This document shows, piece by piece, positions 1 through 15,000 of a stretch of 64,000 bases of DNA. Both the position numbers and the translations under genes were made by a program. The stretch's first letter is position 1; each line of letters begins with the position of its first letter. This DNA is from an uncultured bacterium (GTDB lineage Bacteria; Bacillota_I; Bacilli_A; RF39; UBA660): contig CAOJEC010000002.1 in the NCBI GenBank assembly GCA_948433885.1, positions 8,976 to 72,975 of the forward strand. Direction: 5' to 3'. The notes under the pieces were generated by a model. That model saw only the letters and a program-made list of their open reading frames with translations, ran no database searches and was not told the DNA's origin.

Positions 1-3000
1 TGTATTCAAGTACTTACCGATTCCTGATGTTGTATTGAATACACCAACTGTACCAAATTCAATATTTACATAACCATCGTTTGTTGTCAAATAGTTATCG
101 GCTATCAATTTAGTTCCCTCATTTGAAGTAGAAACTATACGCCATGCTTTTCCACCAAAGTTAACATATTCACCAGTTGATCTATTAGTTAAGTTAGATC
201 CTACAGATGCTTTATTTCCTTCGTCGATGACGTATGGATCAGCAGCTGTTCCTCTACCCTTTAAGATATCTACTGGATTGATGTTGATTACTGGTCTCAT
301 AGCATATGGTTCATTGACATAGTATCCTCTTTCTTTTCTACCTGTTTCTTCTACAACCCAAGCAGTATCTTCGCTTGTAGGAGTCATAGTAAAGTAACGT
401 TCACCATTGTTCAAGAATCCATTTGCGCCACCTAAGATGTTGTATTCGTCGATTGTCAACAATCCTACTTTAGATTTTACTACGCTATTAGCACTACATG
501 TGTATCTGACGTTAGTTAATGAAGTCATTTTCTCACTACAGAATTCACCAGTAGAAACTATTGTAGAAGCGTTGTTTAGTGATGGATAGAATACATTATT
601 CAACCATCTTTCGGCATGACTTCCAGTAAAGACACTAGAGTTATCATCGAATGAGAATCCCGTTGCAGATTCTTCAGTGACAATTCTCAAAGTTCCATCT
701 GCATTGACTTTTACAACTCTCCATAAGTGTCCACTGTACCAAATATAGTTATCAGTAGAATTTGTAGCATAGCATTGTTCGCCATCAGTACAACTGTTTT
801 CTTCTTTAAACATATCGGTAGCAGTAGTACTTACTACTTTTACAGTTCTCTTCTCAGTAGTTTCATTACCAGAAGCATCCGTAGCAGTGTAAGTTATTTC
901 ATAAGTTCCAACTTCGTAAACATTTACATTGTGTGATGTTTTAACTTCCAATTCACCGTCGAATGTATCTTCAGCAGTTGCGCCATATGTATCGGCGAAA
1001 GAGCTTCCGTACTTGACTTCTATTGCACTTCCATTACCACCTAAAGTGATTGTTGGTGCAGTAGTATCTTTAACTTTTACAGTTACTGTAATGACTCTCG
1101 TATTACCGACATCATCAGTTGCTTTATAAGTCAAAGTATAATTATCACCTAATGTAGCTAAATCTACAACTCCGTTGATATCGACTGAGACAGATGCACC
1201 GTCACGGTCAGTTACATTGTATTCGAAGTTTTCGAATTTGTTTACTTTGTCTGCTTCGAGAGTAACCTCGAAGTCTTCTTTGTGTTTAACCCCTTTATTA
1301 TCTACTATCTCCAATTCAGGAGCAGTTTTATCGATTGTGAATGTAACAGATGTGCTATTACCTGCTTCGTCGATGACGATCAAAGTATGATTTCCTTCTT
1401 TGCTTATGACATCACCATTTTGGACTGTCTTACCATCGAGTTTAGCAATAGGTTTTGTAGTAGCATCGTTGAATTCGATTGTGACATCGTTTCCATAGAT
1501 CATACCATCCTTGATTGAAGTAATCTCAGGTGGAAGTGTATCTACATAGAAAGTAACACTTGTAGTTTTTCCATTTTCGCCAGTAACTACTAATTCGTAT
1601 CTACCGTCGGAAACTTCAGTTCCATTTGTAAATTCTACGCCATTTAATGTAGCAGTACCTTTATCGAATGAAACAGTTACTTTTTCACCATAAACTTCTC
1701 CATCTTCCACTCCTGAAACTACAGGTGAAGCATTGTCTATTGTGAATGTTACAGTTGTCTCATTTCCTGCCTTATCTGTAGCAGTAATAGTATAAGTACC
1801 ATCTTCAGTGAATGTAGCATTTCCTTCTACTTCGTTACCATCTTTATCTACGATTGTAGATATATTTGCATCTTCTACTGAGATTGTTACATCTCCCGTA
1901 TAGATACCATTGTTGTTGATAGATGTTCCACTTATTGCGATATTTGGATCAGTCTTATCGATTGTGAATGTCTTAGTGACTTCACGTCCTACTATATCAG
2001 TAGCTGTTATTACATATACACCATCTTCAGTGAATGTTGTACCATTAGTGATTTCTTCACCATTATTTTTGATAGAAACTATGTTGTGATCTTCTACATT
2101 TACAGTTACATCTACACTGTAATGACTTTCATCATCGAATCCGTTGATCACTGGAGCTTTAGTATCGACTATGAAGCTCAATTCTGTCTTCTTACCAGCA
2201 TCGCTCGTTACGACAACTGTGTATTTACCATCACTTAGGACTGTACCGCTTTCGACTGTTTCACCATTTACTGTTGCTGTTCCCTTATCAAATTCTAGAG
2301 TAACATCATCAGTATAGACTTTTCCATCTTCCACTCCTGTGACTACAGGTGGTAATGAATCTATAGTGAATGTTTTAGTTACGCTGTGTCCAGCAGCATC
2401 GACTGCTGTTATTGAGTAAGTTCCATCTTCAGTGAATGTTGCTCCACTTTCGATAGTCGTACCGTCTGCTAATGTGATAGATACTAAGTTGGCATCACTT
2501 ACTGTTACTGTTATAGCTTCAGAATAAGTTTTTCCATCTTCGAATCCTTCGATTACTGGATCTTTAGTATCGATTGTGAATGTTACAGATACAGTGTGTC
2601 CTGCTTTATCTGTAGCAGTGATTGTATGAGTTCCATCTTCATCTATAGTTGAACCATTAGTGATTTCAACTTCACCATTCATTATAGTATCGATATTGTC
2701 GTCAGTAACATTTACTGTTACACCTTCAGTATAGATACCATTTACTTGTTCACCATCTAGTTCGATTACAGGTGCTTCTGTATCGATATCAAACTCAACA
2801 GTAGTACTGTTACCTACACGGTCAGTTACTACTAGAGTATGATGTCCAGAAACATTGTAACTTTCGCCTAATGTGAACGCTTCTCCATCCATTGTTGCTG
2901 TCATAGAATTCATATCTGTAGCATTGATAGTAACTTCTCCATCATAGATCATACCATCTTCTACGCCAGATACAACTGGAGCAGTATTGTCGATTCCAAC

Positions 3001-6000
3001 ATATATTACTTTTGTAGTATTACCTGCTGCATCGACTGCATATATTCTATGAACTCCGTCTGAACTAATTTCAGAACCAGACGCTACTTCAGCGTTATTG
3101 TCATATATGATACCTTCATCGACTGTGACGATTACAGAACCTTTGATATACATACCAGAAGTTACTTCTTCACCAGTATTTTTGTCTATAATAGTCATGT
3201 TTGGAGCATCTTTATCGATGTTCTCAACGTTGTAAGTTACTACTGTCTCATTTCCTACTGCGTCGGCAATTGTAACGCTTACTTCAGTATTTTCTTCAAC
3301 AGTGAATACGTATTTACCATCGACTAATTCGTAATTTACATTTGAATTTTTGATGGTTACATTTTCTTCATTAGTAACATTCAATGTCAATTTCACATCT
3401 TGATTTGTCATTTCAGTAGTGTTAGGTTCGAGTGTTGCTACAGGAGCATCTTTATCGATTCCTGAAACATTATATTCGATTCCTTCTACTGTATTACCAG
3501 CCTCGTCTTTGATATTCAAAGTACCGGCAATATTTTTAGAAACTGTAACTCTATAAGTATATTTTTCGTTTAGAGAAAGTTCAACTTCACCCTCGACGAA
3601 ATTCATCCAATTCATATTGTTAGAGTCTACTATTTCTACCAACTTCTTAGTTGAAGTCAATTTGATTGTTACATCTTCTTTAGTAGGAGTATCACCATCG
3701 ATGATATTCTCGTTACCTGTAGTTCCTGTAACATATGTTATTGTAGCTTCTGGAAGAACTTTATCGATGTTGCTTACAGCATATTCGACGATTGTCTCGT
3801 TTCCTACAAGATCTACTAGAGTCAATGTTCCTGTTACATTTTCGGAAACAGTCACACTGTATACAAATGAGCCATTTTCAGTTTGTACTGAATCGATCCA
3901 ATTCATTCCGTTCGTATCTCTTATAGCAGATAGTTCTTTATCAGAAGTCAATGTAATTGTAACATCTTTATTAGTCACTACTTTATCAGCATCTGTATAA
4001 GATACAGTTGCCTTAGCAGGGGTTTTATCGATATTCGTTACATTGTATGATGCACTTCCTTTGCGTCCAGCTAAGTCTTCGAATTCTACTACGACTTCTC
4101 TATTTGCAGATACAGTCAACGTATATTCGTTTTTACCTTCGACTTTAGTCCATACATCAGTTGTACTTGTAATGATGATTTCTTCACTTGGTGTAAGTGT
4201 AAGAATTACATCTTGGTTAGTACCGTCGGACGTATTTGCAACTATATTGGCAGTTGGATCTACGAGGTCGATATTTTCAACTTCGATAGAAGCACTTCCA
4301 TAGTTACCTGCTAAGTCAGTATATTCTACTGTTACGACCTTATTAGCAGTTACTTCGCTTGTATATTCGTTTTTGCCTTCAACTTTAGTCCATCCTTCAC
4401 TAGTAATGATGAGCTCTTCATTTGAAGTCAATGTAATTACGACTGGTCCTACAGTTGGGCTTGTATTTGATGGTATCATGTTTGTATCTGCAGGAGTTAC
4501 GTCGACTACTATATCTGAATCTGTAGGTTCGATAGCAGTTCCTACTAATTGATTTGGCCCTACTGGAGTGATCGTATAAGATACGATTCCTTCTTTAGAA
4601 CTATCAGTAATAGTGATAGATGCTTCGTACTTACCAGTTTCAGCATTCTTTGTAACTATAGCGGTTTGACCATTTATAGTAGCAGTTGTTACAAGTGGTT
4701 CATCTTCAGTAGCAGTAACGTTAAGTTCTACATTGCTTTCGAATTCCAACTTGATTACATCTCCAGCTTTAGCATATCCAACATTTCCTGTAGTAGTAAT
4801 AACTGGATTAACTACGACTGGGATCAATACCAATTCACTTAGATCGATTTGTTCAAGAGCAGCATTGTACTCGCTTCTCAAACCATCTCTATCGATGACA
4901 GCTTGAACTGCATTCAATTTCTCTTGTAATGCTGTCCATGATTCGTTAGTATAGTCTGCTTCTTCATAGTTGTCTTCCAAATCTTTCAATATTGCTTCAT
5001 ATGCACTCGCATCGATCGGCAATCTTGTTGCCAATATTGCTTCTTCGATCTCTTCGAGTCTTGCTTCGTATTCACTCTTCAAGATTCCTTCGCTTACTGC
5101 TGTCGATAACTCTGTTAACGCTTCTTGGTATGCATCGTATCCTGAATAGTCTTCCTCTTTATACTTGTCTCTGTAGTCTTCTGTTGTGTCTACTACTGGT
5201 TCTTTCTCCAAGTCTTTGACTAGTCTTTCGAGTGCTTTTGAGTAGTAATTGACATCACTTTGTAATCTCAATGTTCCTTCTACCTCTGATTCACTCTTCA
5301 ATGTCATGAGCTCTGCCCATGTTTCTTTTGTATAGTCACTTTCTACCAACTTAGCGATCTTACCGATTACTGTGTTGTAATCGTACATATCTTTCTCTGC
5401 TGGTATCAATTCCATATTTTCGACTGTCTCGATTTGTTTATCCATGTACTCTTGTGTGATATTTGGATTCAATTTGATTGTTCCATCTACCATCATTGTG
5501 AGTGCATCGAAATACATCTTCTTTGTTTGCCATGACTTGTCAGTGTAATCGTATTTGTTTTCGTTTACGCTGAAGTAGAATCCACCTGTACTGTTAGTCT
5601 CGAGCATTTCCATATATGCAGCGATCTTATTGTACTTATCTACATTGATAACTCTTATTGTAAGTGTCTCACTAGCAGTGTTGCCTGCTGAGTCAGTAGC
5701 AGTATAAGTTATAGTATGTTCTCCAGCTTCGTTGATGTCGACTTCCGTCTTATCTGCTGTTACTGTCAATTCTCCATCGACTGAGCTTGTAGCCGTTACT
5801 TTAGGATATGTAATGTCCATTCCCTTGATCGTTACGATTACATTTCCACCTTCGATTGTGATTGTTGGAGCAGTCTTATAGATTTTGAATGTAACTTCGC
5901 TAGATTCATTACCAGCTTTATCAACTGCTTTGATAGTGTAAACACCATCTTCGCTGAATGTCTTAGACGTTCCGAATGCAGCATCCAATACTCCATTGAC

Positions 6001-9000
6001 GTATACTTTGTCGGCATTTGCATCGTTAACAGTGACAGTAACTGCGCCATTGTAGATACCTTCCTCTACTTTAGTATTTTCATCAGTCAATGTAATAGTT
6101 GGAGCTACATCATCGAAGTTTGTAATTTCGATAGAAGCAGAACCTGCATTACCTGCTAAGTCTTTATAGTTTACAACTATTTCACCATTAGCGCTTACAG
6201 TTCTTTGATATTGAACTGAAGGATCAGATTCGGTAGCATCTTTGATCAATGTCCATTCACTGTCGCTCAAATCTTTGATAGCTTCGTCAACAGTCAATGT
6301 CAATGTGATTTCTTCGTTAGTTATATCAGTTTTATTAGCAGTGATAGTACCTTTTGGAGCTTCTTTATCTATACCAGTGACATCGATAACGAATGTACCC
6401 TTATTTCCAGCTTCATCTTGGAAGATGAATGAGAAATTTCCATTATTAGATCTATTAGCAGTCAATAATGAATATTCATTTCCTTCTTCATCAACTTTGT
6501 TTTCAACATCGACTCGTGTGCCAGTGTTGAGAGAAATTACTTTCTCAGAAGTCTTAATAGTTATAGTCTTATGACTATTTGTAGGTCCTTCTGGTGTGAT
6601 TTCATAAAGCTCAGCAGTTGGTTTTTCTTTATCTATTCCTTCTACTTCATAGACGAATGATCCACTATTTCCAGCTTCATCTTCGAACTTAAACATATAT
6701 TTACCATTATTACTTCTTTTAGCAGCAAGTAATGTATACTTAGCACCAGTTTCCTCGTCTACTTTAACTTCGACAGTTGGAATAGTACCTGTATTTGTAG
6801 TCTTTACAACTTTATCTACTCTAATAGTAATTTCTTTGAATGAATTAGTAGGACCTTCTGGGTTGACACCGACGAATGTTGCAGTAGGTGCAGTCTTGTC
6901 GATATTTTCTACCGTATAAGAAACTGTAGAAGTATTGCCAACGTGATCTACTAAAGTCAATGTATTAGATACGTTTTCAGTTGCTGTTGCAGTATAGATG
7001 AACTTGCCGTTTTCTTCTACCGCGCTAGACCATTCTAATTTATCATCTTCGAATGTTACTGCCTCATCAGAAGTTAAGGTAATCACAACATCTTGGTTAG
7101 TCAAATTCGTATTTGAATATGTGACATCTGCCGTTGCAGGAATCTTATCGATGTTCGCCACTGTGTAAGAAACACTTCCTATATGTCCAGCTAAGTCTTT
7201 GAACTCTACAGTGACAGTTCTATTATCGCTGACTACCAACGTATATTCGCTGCCTGTTACTTTAGTCCATTCATCAGTTGTACTTGTGATGACGATTTCT
7301 TCACTAGCATTTAAAGTCAATGTGATATCTTGGTTAGTACTTTCAGTTGTATCAGCTTCGATAGTAGCAGTAGGTACTTCAGTATCGATATTGCTTACAG
7401 TGTAAGTCTTGCTTCCTGCGTTACCAGCCAAGTCTGTATATTCGACAGTGACAGTTCTATTAGAAGTTACAACCAAAGTAAATGTTTTCTTATCTGCACT
7501 TGCAGTCCATTCATCAGTTGTACTTGTGATGATAAGTGGTTCATCAGAAGTTAATGTTAGAGTAACTGGATTCATTGTTTGACCACCTGTTGATGGTATC
7601 AACGTAGTCTTAGCAGGAGTTTTATCGATATTCTCGACTTCGTATGATGCACTTCCTGTATGTCCAGCTAAGTCTTTATAAGTGATCTCATAAATTCCAT
7701 TTTCAGAAACATCTAATGTATATCTGATAGTCTTATCTGTTGGATCTTCGTTTGTTACACGAGTCCAATTTCCACCATCGATTATGATGATTTCTTCATC
7801 GACTTCGAAAGTCAATGTAATATCTTCATTTGTAGGATCTTCATTACTTGAAGTAATCGTTCCATTAGGAGCTTTAGTATCGATCGTAAATGTTACAGTC
7901 TCTTCGTTACCTACTTGGTCGATTACTTTTATAGTATAAGTTCCATCTTCAGTAAAGTCTTGTGGACTTACAAATGAAGTATCCAATACACCATTTACAT
8001 AAACTTCTTTGACGTTGCTTTCAGCAACAGTAACAGTTACTGTGCTCGTATAAAGATTGTTTTGTCCATTGACTTTGTCTCCAGAAATTTCGATTGTAGG
8101 TTCAGTGATATCGACAATAATATCGGATTCGACACTTACTTCTGCACCTTCGAGACCATCAGGTCCGACTGGTTTGATCGTATAAGTGACTTTACCTTCT
8201 TTTGTATTTTCATCGACAATTACAACTGCACGATACAAATCGCCTTCTTTACTTACAGTTACTTGTTCTCCGTTTATAATTACTTCAGTACCTGTCAAAT
8301 CTAATTCAGTATTTGAATTAAATTCCAAAGTCAATTTATTTCCAATTGTAGCATATCCATTAGCACCATCAGTTACAAATGTGACATTAGTAGCTTTAGG
8401 AATTGCAACTAGATCATTCAAATCGATTTGATCAAATACAACTTTGAATTCACTTCTAAGAGCACCATTTGCGATCAACTCTTTTGCTTCATCGATCAAT
8501 TCTTTGATAAAAGTGTAAGATTCACTTGTGTAGTCACTTTCTACCAATTGTTCGAATTCAGCTACTATTTTATCGAATTCAGTTGTATCGATTGCCAATG
8601 CTTCTAGGTTGTCCAAACTCAAATTAGCCAACTCTTTTTCGTATTCGCTTATCAATCCATTGTTATCGATAATTGCTTGTACTTTTGCTATTTGATTTTC
8701 GATAGCTGTCCATGATTCTGCAGTATAGTCAGTTTCGATCAACTTACCAAATTCAATAACGATATTATCAAATTCAGTAGTATCCAAAGCATTTGCTACC
8801 AAATCATTTAGATCGATTTGTTCAAGAGCAGCATTGTACTCGCTTCTCAAACCATCTCTATCGATGACAGCTTGAACTGCATTCAATTTCTCTTGTAATG
8901 CTGTCCATGATTCGTTAGTATAGTCTGCTTCTTCATAGTTGTCTTCCAAATCTTTCAATATTGCTTCATATGCACTCGCATCGATCGGCAATCTTGTTGC

Positions 9001-12000
9001 CAATATTGCTTCTTCGATCTCTTCGAGTCTTGCTTCGTATTCACTCTTCAAGATTCCTTCGCTTACTGCTGTCGATAACTCTGTTAACGCTTCTTGGTAT
9101 GCATCGTATCCTGAATAGTCTTCCTCTTTATACTTGTCTCTGTAGTCTTCTGTTGTGTCTACTACTGGTTCTTTCTCCAAGTCTTTGACTAGTCTTTCGA
9201 GTGCTTTTGAGTAGTAATTGACATCACTTTGTAATCTCAATGTTCCTTCTACCTCTGATTCACTCTTCAATGTCATGAGCTCTGCCCATGTTTCTTTTGT
9301 ATAGTCACTTTCTACCAACTTAGCGATCTTACCGATTACTGTGTTGTAATCGTACATATCTTTCTCTGCTGGTATCAATTCCATATTTTCGACTGTCTCG
9401 ATTTGTTTATCCATGTACTCTTGTGTGATATTTGGATTCAATTTGATTGTTCCATCTACCATCATTGTGAGTGCATCGAAATACATCTTCTTTGTTTGCC
9501 ATGACTTGTCAGTGTAATCGTATTTGTTTTCGTTTACGCTGAAGTAGAATCCACCTGTACTGTTAGTCTCGAGCATTTCCATATATGCAGCGATCTTATT
9601 GTACTTATCTACATTGATAACTCTTATTGTAAGTGTCTCACTAGCAGTGTTGCCTGCTGAGTCAGTAGCAGTATAAGTTATAGTATGTTCTCCAGCTTCG
9701 TTGATGTCGACTTCCGTCTTATCTGCTGTTACTGTCAATTCTCCATCTTCTTTATCCGTTGCAGAAACCTCAGGATATGTGATATCCATTCCTTTGATCG
9801 TTACGATTACATTTCCACCTTCGATTGTAATTGTAGGAACGTTGTGATCGATATTCTCTACAGAATAAGTAACAGTAGTAATATTACCGACGTGATCTAC
9901 TAAAGTCAATGTATTAGATACATTTTCAGTTGCTGTTGCAGTATAGATGAACTTACCGTTTTCTTCTACTGCGTCAGACCATTCTAGTTTATCATCTTCG
10001 AATGTTACAGCCTTATCAGACGTTATAGTTATTTCGACAGATCCTGTAGTGCTTTCAGTCGTATTATAAGAAACTGTAGCGTTTGCAGGAGTCTTGTCGA
10101 TATTTTCTACTGAATAGCTTACTTCAGTTTCATTTCCTACATGATCGACTAGAGTCAATGTATTAGATACATTTTCAGTTGCTGTTGCAGTATATGTATA
10201 CGTACCATTTTCATTCTTAGTTTCAGTCCAATTGAGTAACTCATCTTCGAAACTTACTTTCTTAGAAGTGTTGATCGTAATTGTTACATCTTCGTTTGTA
10301 TCTTCAGTTGTTGAATAAGTCACACCCGCTGTAGCAGAAGTCTTATCTATGTTATTTACTGAATACACGACATTTTCAGTAACATTTCCGACTTCGTCAG
10401 TCAATGTCAATGTATTAGATACATTTTCAGTTGCTGTTGCAGTATATGTATACGTACCATCTTCATTACGTGTCTCAGTCCAGTTGAGTAACTCATCTTC
10501 GAAACTTACTTTTTCAGAAGTATTGATCATGATCGTTACATCTTCATTAGTATCTTCAGTTGTAGAATAAGTTACGTCTACAGTAGCAGGAATATTGTCG
10601 ATATTAGATACTTCATATTTGACGCTTCCTTTATTTCCAGCAAGGTCAGTATAAGTAAGCTCTATTTCTCCATCCGTATTTTCTGATAAAGTCTTAGTAT
10701 AACGAACTGTTCTATCTTCCAAAGTAGCATCTTTGACCAAAGTCCAATCAGACTCACTCATATCTTTGATAGGTTCGCTTACTTCTAAAGTCAACGTTAC
10801 AGAACCCTTAGTAGGAGCAGTTACATCAGCAGTTATAGTACCAACTGGTGCTTCTTTGTCGATATTCTCGACTGTATATCTAGCAGTACCTACGTTACCA
10901 GCTGCATCTGTAAACTTGAATGTTATAGTACCATTGATAGATTTTTTGAATGTCCATGTTTGGTTGTCTATTTGTTCTAGCGCTTTGTTCTCAGTCAACA
11001 TTGTTACTGGTTCACTAGTCTTGATTGTCAAGATTACTGGTTGATTTGTTGGTGCTGTCGTACTTGGTGTGATCTCTGCTGTAGGAGCAGTCTTGTCTAT
11101 CGTGAATGTTACAGCAGTTGAGTTATTTGCTCCATCAGTTACAGTCAACGTATAAATTCCATCTTCTGTAATAGCTGCACCTTTCTTGTAGTCTTCGATT
11201 ACGACTTCAGTAATTGCTCCGTCTTCATCGACTACCTTCTTAGTCAATACACCAGTACCCTCATTGTATGAAGGTCTTACATTTTTATTATAAACACCTT
11301 TATCTTCGACACCTGTTATTTCTGGTGCTTTAGTGTCGATCGTAAATGTATAAGTAACCTTGTTGTCAGCTTCATCAGTTACAACTAATGTATACTTACC
11401 ATCTTCGCTTACAGTATTACCACTTGTGAAGAACTCATCATTGAGCATCGCGCCAACATTGTGATCATCACTATACATGATAGTTACTGGAGCATTGTAA
11501 ATTCCTTTGTTTTCGACACCTGTTACAATAGGTTTAGTTTTATCGATATTGTCGACAGTATAACGAATAGAATTCGTGTTGCCAGCCAAATCTTTAAATT
11601 TGAATGTTATTGTTCCGTTGATAGATTTCTTGAACGTATAAACTGTATCAGAAACTTTTGTCAATGCAGAACTTTCAGTCAACATTTCGATTGGTTCACT
11701 CGCTTCGAATGTCAATATTACAGCGCCATTTGTATATTTATCCTCTGTAGGATCTTGAGTTATTATTGCTGTAGGAGCAGTTTTATCGATAGTAAATGTC
11801 ACTACTGTGTCATTTCCGACCCCATCAGTTACAGTCAATGTATAAATTCCATCTTCTGTAATAGATGCTCCTTTGACATAATCGGCAACTACAGTATCGA
11901 CGATAGAACCGTCTTCATCGACTGTCTTCTTAGTCAATACAGCAGTGCCCTCGTTGTATGAAGGTCTTACATTTTTATTGTAAAGTCCTTGGTCTACGAC

Positions 12001-15000
12001 GCCTGTTATGATAGGATCGATTGTATCGATAGTGAATCTATAAGTTACTGTATTACCAGCTGCATCTGTTACTATCAATACGTGTTTACCATCGGCAATT
12101 TCTCCACCTAAGAATATCTCTCCGTTTAGAGTTGCTGTTACACCAGGTTTGTCATCTTCAAAAGTAACATTCTTGTTTTCGTTATATTCGCCTTTATTAT
12201 CTACACCTGAAATTGTAGGTTTAACTTTGTCGATATTCTCGACTGTATATTTTGCAGTACCTACGTTACCAGCTGCATCCGTAAACTTGAATGTTATAGT
12301 ACCATTGATAGACTTTTTGAATGTCCATGTTTGGTCGTCTATTTGTTCTAGCGCTTTGTTCTCAGTCAACATTGTTACTGGTTCACTAGTCTTGATTGTC
12401 AAGATTACTGCTTGATTTGTTGGTGTTGTAGTACTTGGTGTGATTTCTGCTTCTGGTTTTGTTCTATCTATAGTGAAGTTGATTGTAGTAAAGTTTCCAG
12501 CTTCATCGGTTACGATCAAAACGTAATCTCCACTTTCAGTTACATCAGTTCCACTTACAAAAACGTTACCATTTAATGTTGCAGTTCCTTCAGTGAATGT
12601 AGGAGTGACGATAGTGTTGAATAAATATTTGTTTTCTGCTTCGACAAATTTATCTTCATCAAATCCACCCACTTCTGGTGCACCTTTATCGATATTGTTT
12701 ACTACATAAGTAATATTTTTTGTGTTGCCTAATTTATCAGATACGACGATCGTATTAGATATATTCTCTATAGCAGTAGCAGTGTAAGAATATGTTCCAT
12801 CTGCTAATTTGAGAACAGTCCAATCAAGTTCATCAGTAAATGTCAACTCTTCACGAGCTTTGATAGTTATGATGACGTCTTGATTTGTAATTTCAGTAGT
12901 AGAATATGTAGGAGCATCTACATCGACAATTTTATCGATATTTTCTACTTTATATGAAATTTCAGTTTTATTATTATTCGCATCAGCAATGACAATTGCA
13001 CCTGAGATATTTTCAGTTATAGTAGTCGCATATTGATACTTACCATCTTCAGTAAGTTCATCTAGTTTATTCCATACATTTCCATTATTGTCAGTAATTG
13101 TGACTTCTTCATCTACTGTCAAAGTCAAAGTTACATCTTTATTTGTATCTTCTTCTGTATTAGCTGTTATGCTTCCAACAGGAGCGGTCTTATCGATCGT
13201 TACTGAATATGGAAGTGAAACTTCATTTTCGGCTTTATCGATAAGTTTGATAGATCCAGTTACTGAATCATTTACAGTATAAACGTATTGATATTTACCA
13301 TCTTCAGTCATTTCATTGAGTTTCAACCACATATATCCATTTGAATCTTCGAATGTGATCTCTTCATCGACTGTCAATATCATCTTTATAGAATCGACTA
13401 ATCTATCAGTTGTCGCATCATCGATATTTTCATATGATATAGACCCCTTAGGATTTGCTGAATCGATTTCGACTGTTACAGTAAGTTCATTTTCGCCTTT
13501 ATCGACTAAGTACAATACGTACTCACCATCAGCATTCAAAACTACTGATCCATCTTTCTTTCCATCGCTTATTTCCTGAATACTTGCATTATTCAATTTA
13601 GCTGCGACACTGCTGTATTTGTCTTCGAAAGTAATAGTAACTTCTTTGTTAAAATACAATTTCTTAGTTATATCGTCAATGACGATTTCTTCACCGTCGA
13701 CGATGAACTTAACATCAGGAGTAGACTTATCTATAGTCGGATAATAGACGATAGCATTACCTGCTTTATCAGTCAATTTTAAAGTATGTTCTCCTTCTTC
13801 AGAAAGCGTAACTTTTCCATTTTCGATTTCGACACCATCGAGTTCAGCTTTGACTTCTCCACTTTCATCTTCAAAAGTTATAAGAATATCTTCGCCATAT
13901 ACTTGACTTCCAACTGAACTTGTAGGATTCTTTTGATCAATAACAAATTTTATAGTAGTGCTTCTACCAATAGAATCGGTTACAACTAACGTATATTCAT
14001 TATGTTTACCATCGATTGCATATATCGTTTTTCCATTCGCGATTTCATCAGCAGATAACTCTTCTCCGTTCAAAGTTGCTGTCAACTCTAAAGGATTTTC
14101 TACGATATTGATCGTAATATCATGATTGAAATAATGTGTTGAAGTTTCATCGTCGATCAATTTACCATCGATGTTAACTTCAGGTTTATCTTTATATATA
14201 GTAAATTCGATTCTTGTAGTAAGCCCAACTTCATCAGTGACTTCTAAAACGTGATTTCCACTAGCGGTAATTTTAGTATCAGTAAATTCTTTACCATCTA
14301 ACATAACAGTGGTCTTAGTCAAATCACTAATTTCGATGTTGACTTCGTTTTCGTATTTATCTTCATACTTATCGCTACCATTTAATAATACACTAGGAGC
14401 AGTCTTATCGATTGTAACAGTTCTAGTTGTTACAAGACCAGCCTTATCAGTAGCTATGAGAGTATAAAGACCCTCTTCATCTAAAGTTACTTCAGAATTG
14501 GCATACACTAATCCATTCTTCTTGACTGTAACAGATTTTAGATTTGTATCGATTGCTTTGACAACAAAATCATCCTTTGTAATCAAATCTGAATCTAAAC
14601 CTTCAAATTCAGGAGCAGTCTTGTCGATTGTGAAGATAGTCGTTCCACTATTTCCAGCATCGTCAGTCAAAACTAAAGTATGTTCACCTTCGTCTGATAC
14701 GACATGACCACTTGAGATTTCCAAACCGTCCAATGTAGCAGTTACAGTACCACCTTTATCATCGAATGTTATAGTTCTATTTTCTGAGTAGAATTTACCA
14801 TTCACGACACCTTCCACAGTAGGAACTTGTCTATTTATTGTGAAGTTGAAAGTTACAACATGTCCTGCACCATCAGTTACAGTTATGACATATTTTCCTT
14901 CTTTAGTAAATACTTCTCCGTCCTTCAAATCTCTATATAAAGTATTCGACTTAGCAACAACATTCGAATATTTATCTTTGAAATGAATGATCACATCTTT

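Noticed and set aside
5838-6050. A 70-aa minus-strand ORF
   Set aside because: It is in a different frame from the giant ORF that covers the same bases, and it has no RBS.
4839-9747. The 940-bp perfect repeats as copies of an insertion sequence or other mobile element
   Set aside because: Both copies are in frame within one ORF and encode FIVAR-like/DUF5011-like protein sequence contiguous with their flanks. There is no transposase, no terminal inverted repeat and no target duplication.
407-14707. About 25 plus-strand ORFs of 60-166 aa listed by the track across 1-16 kb
   Set aside because: All lie antisense to, or out of frame with, the continuous minus-strand giant ORF. Their products are low-complexity (S/V/T/I-rich) mirror translations of the Ig-like repeats. 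Two are identical only because they fall inside the 940-bp duplication.
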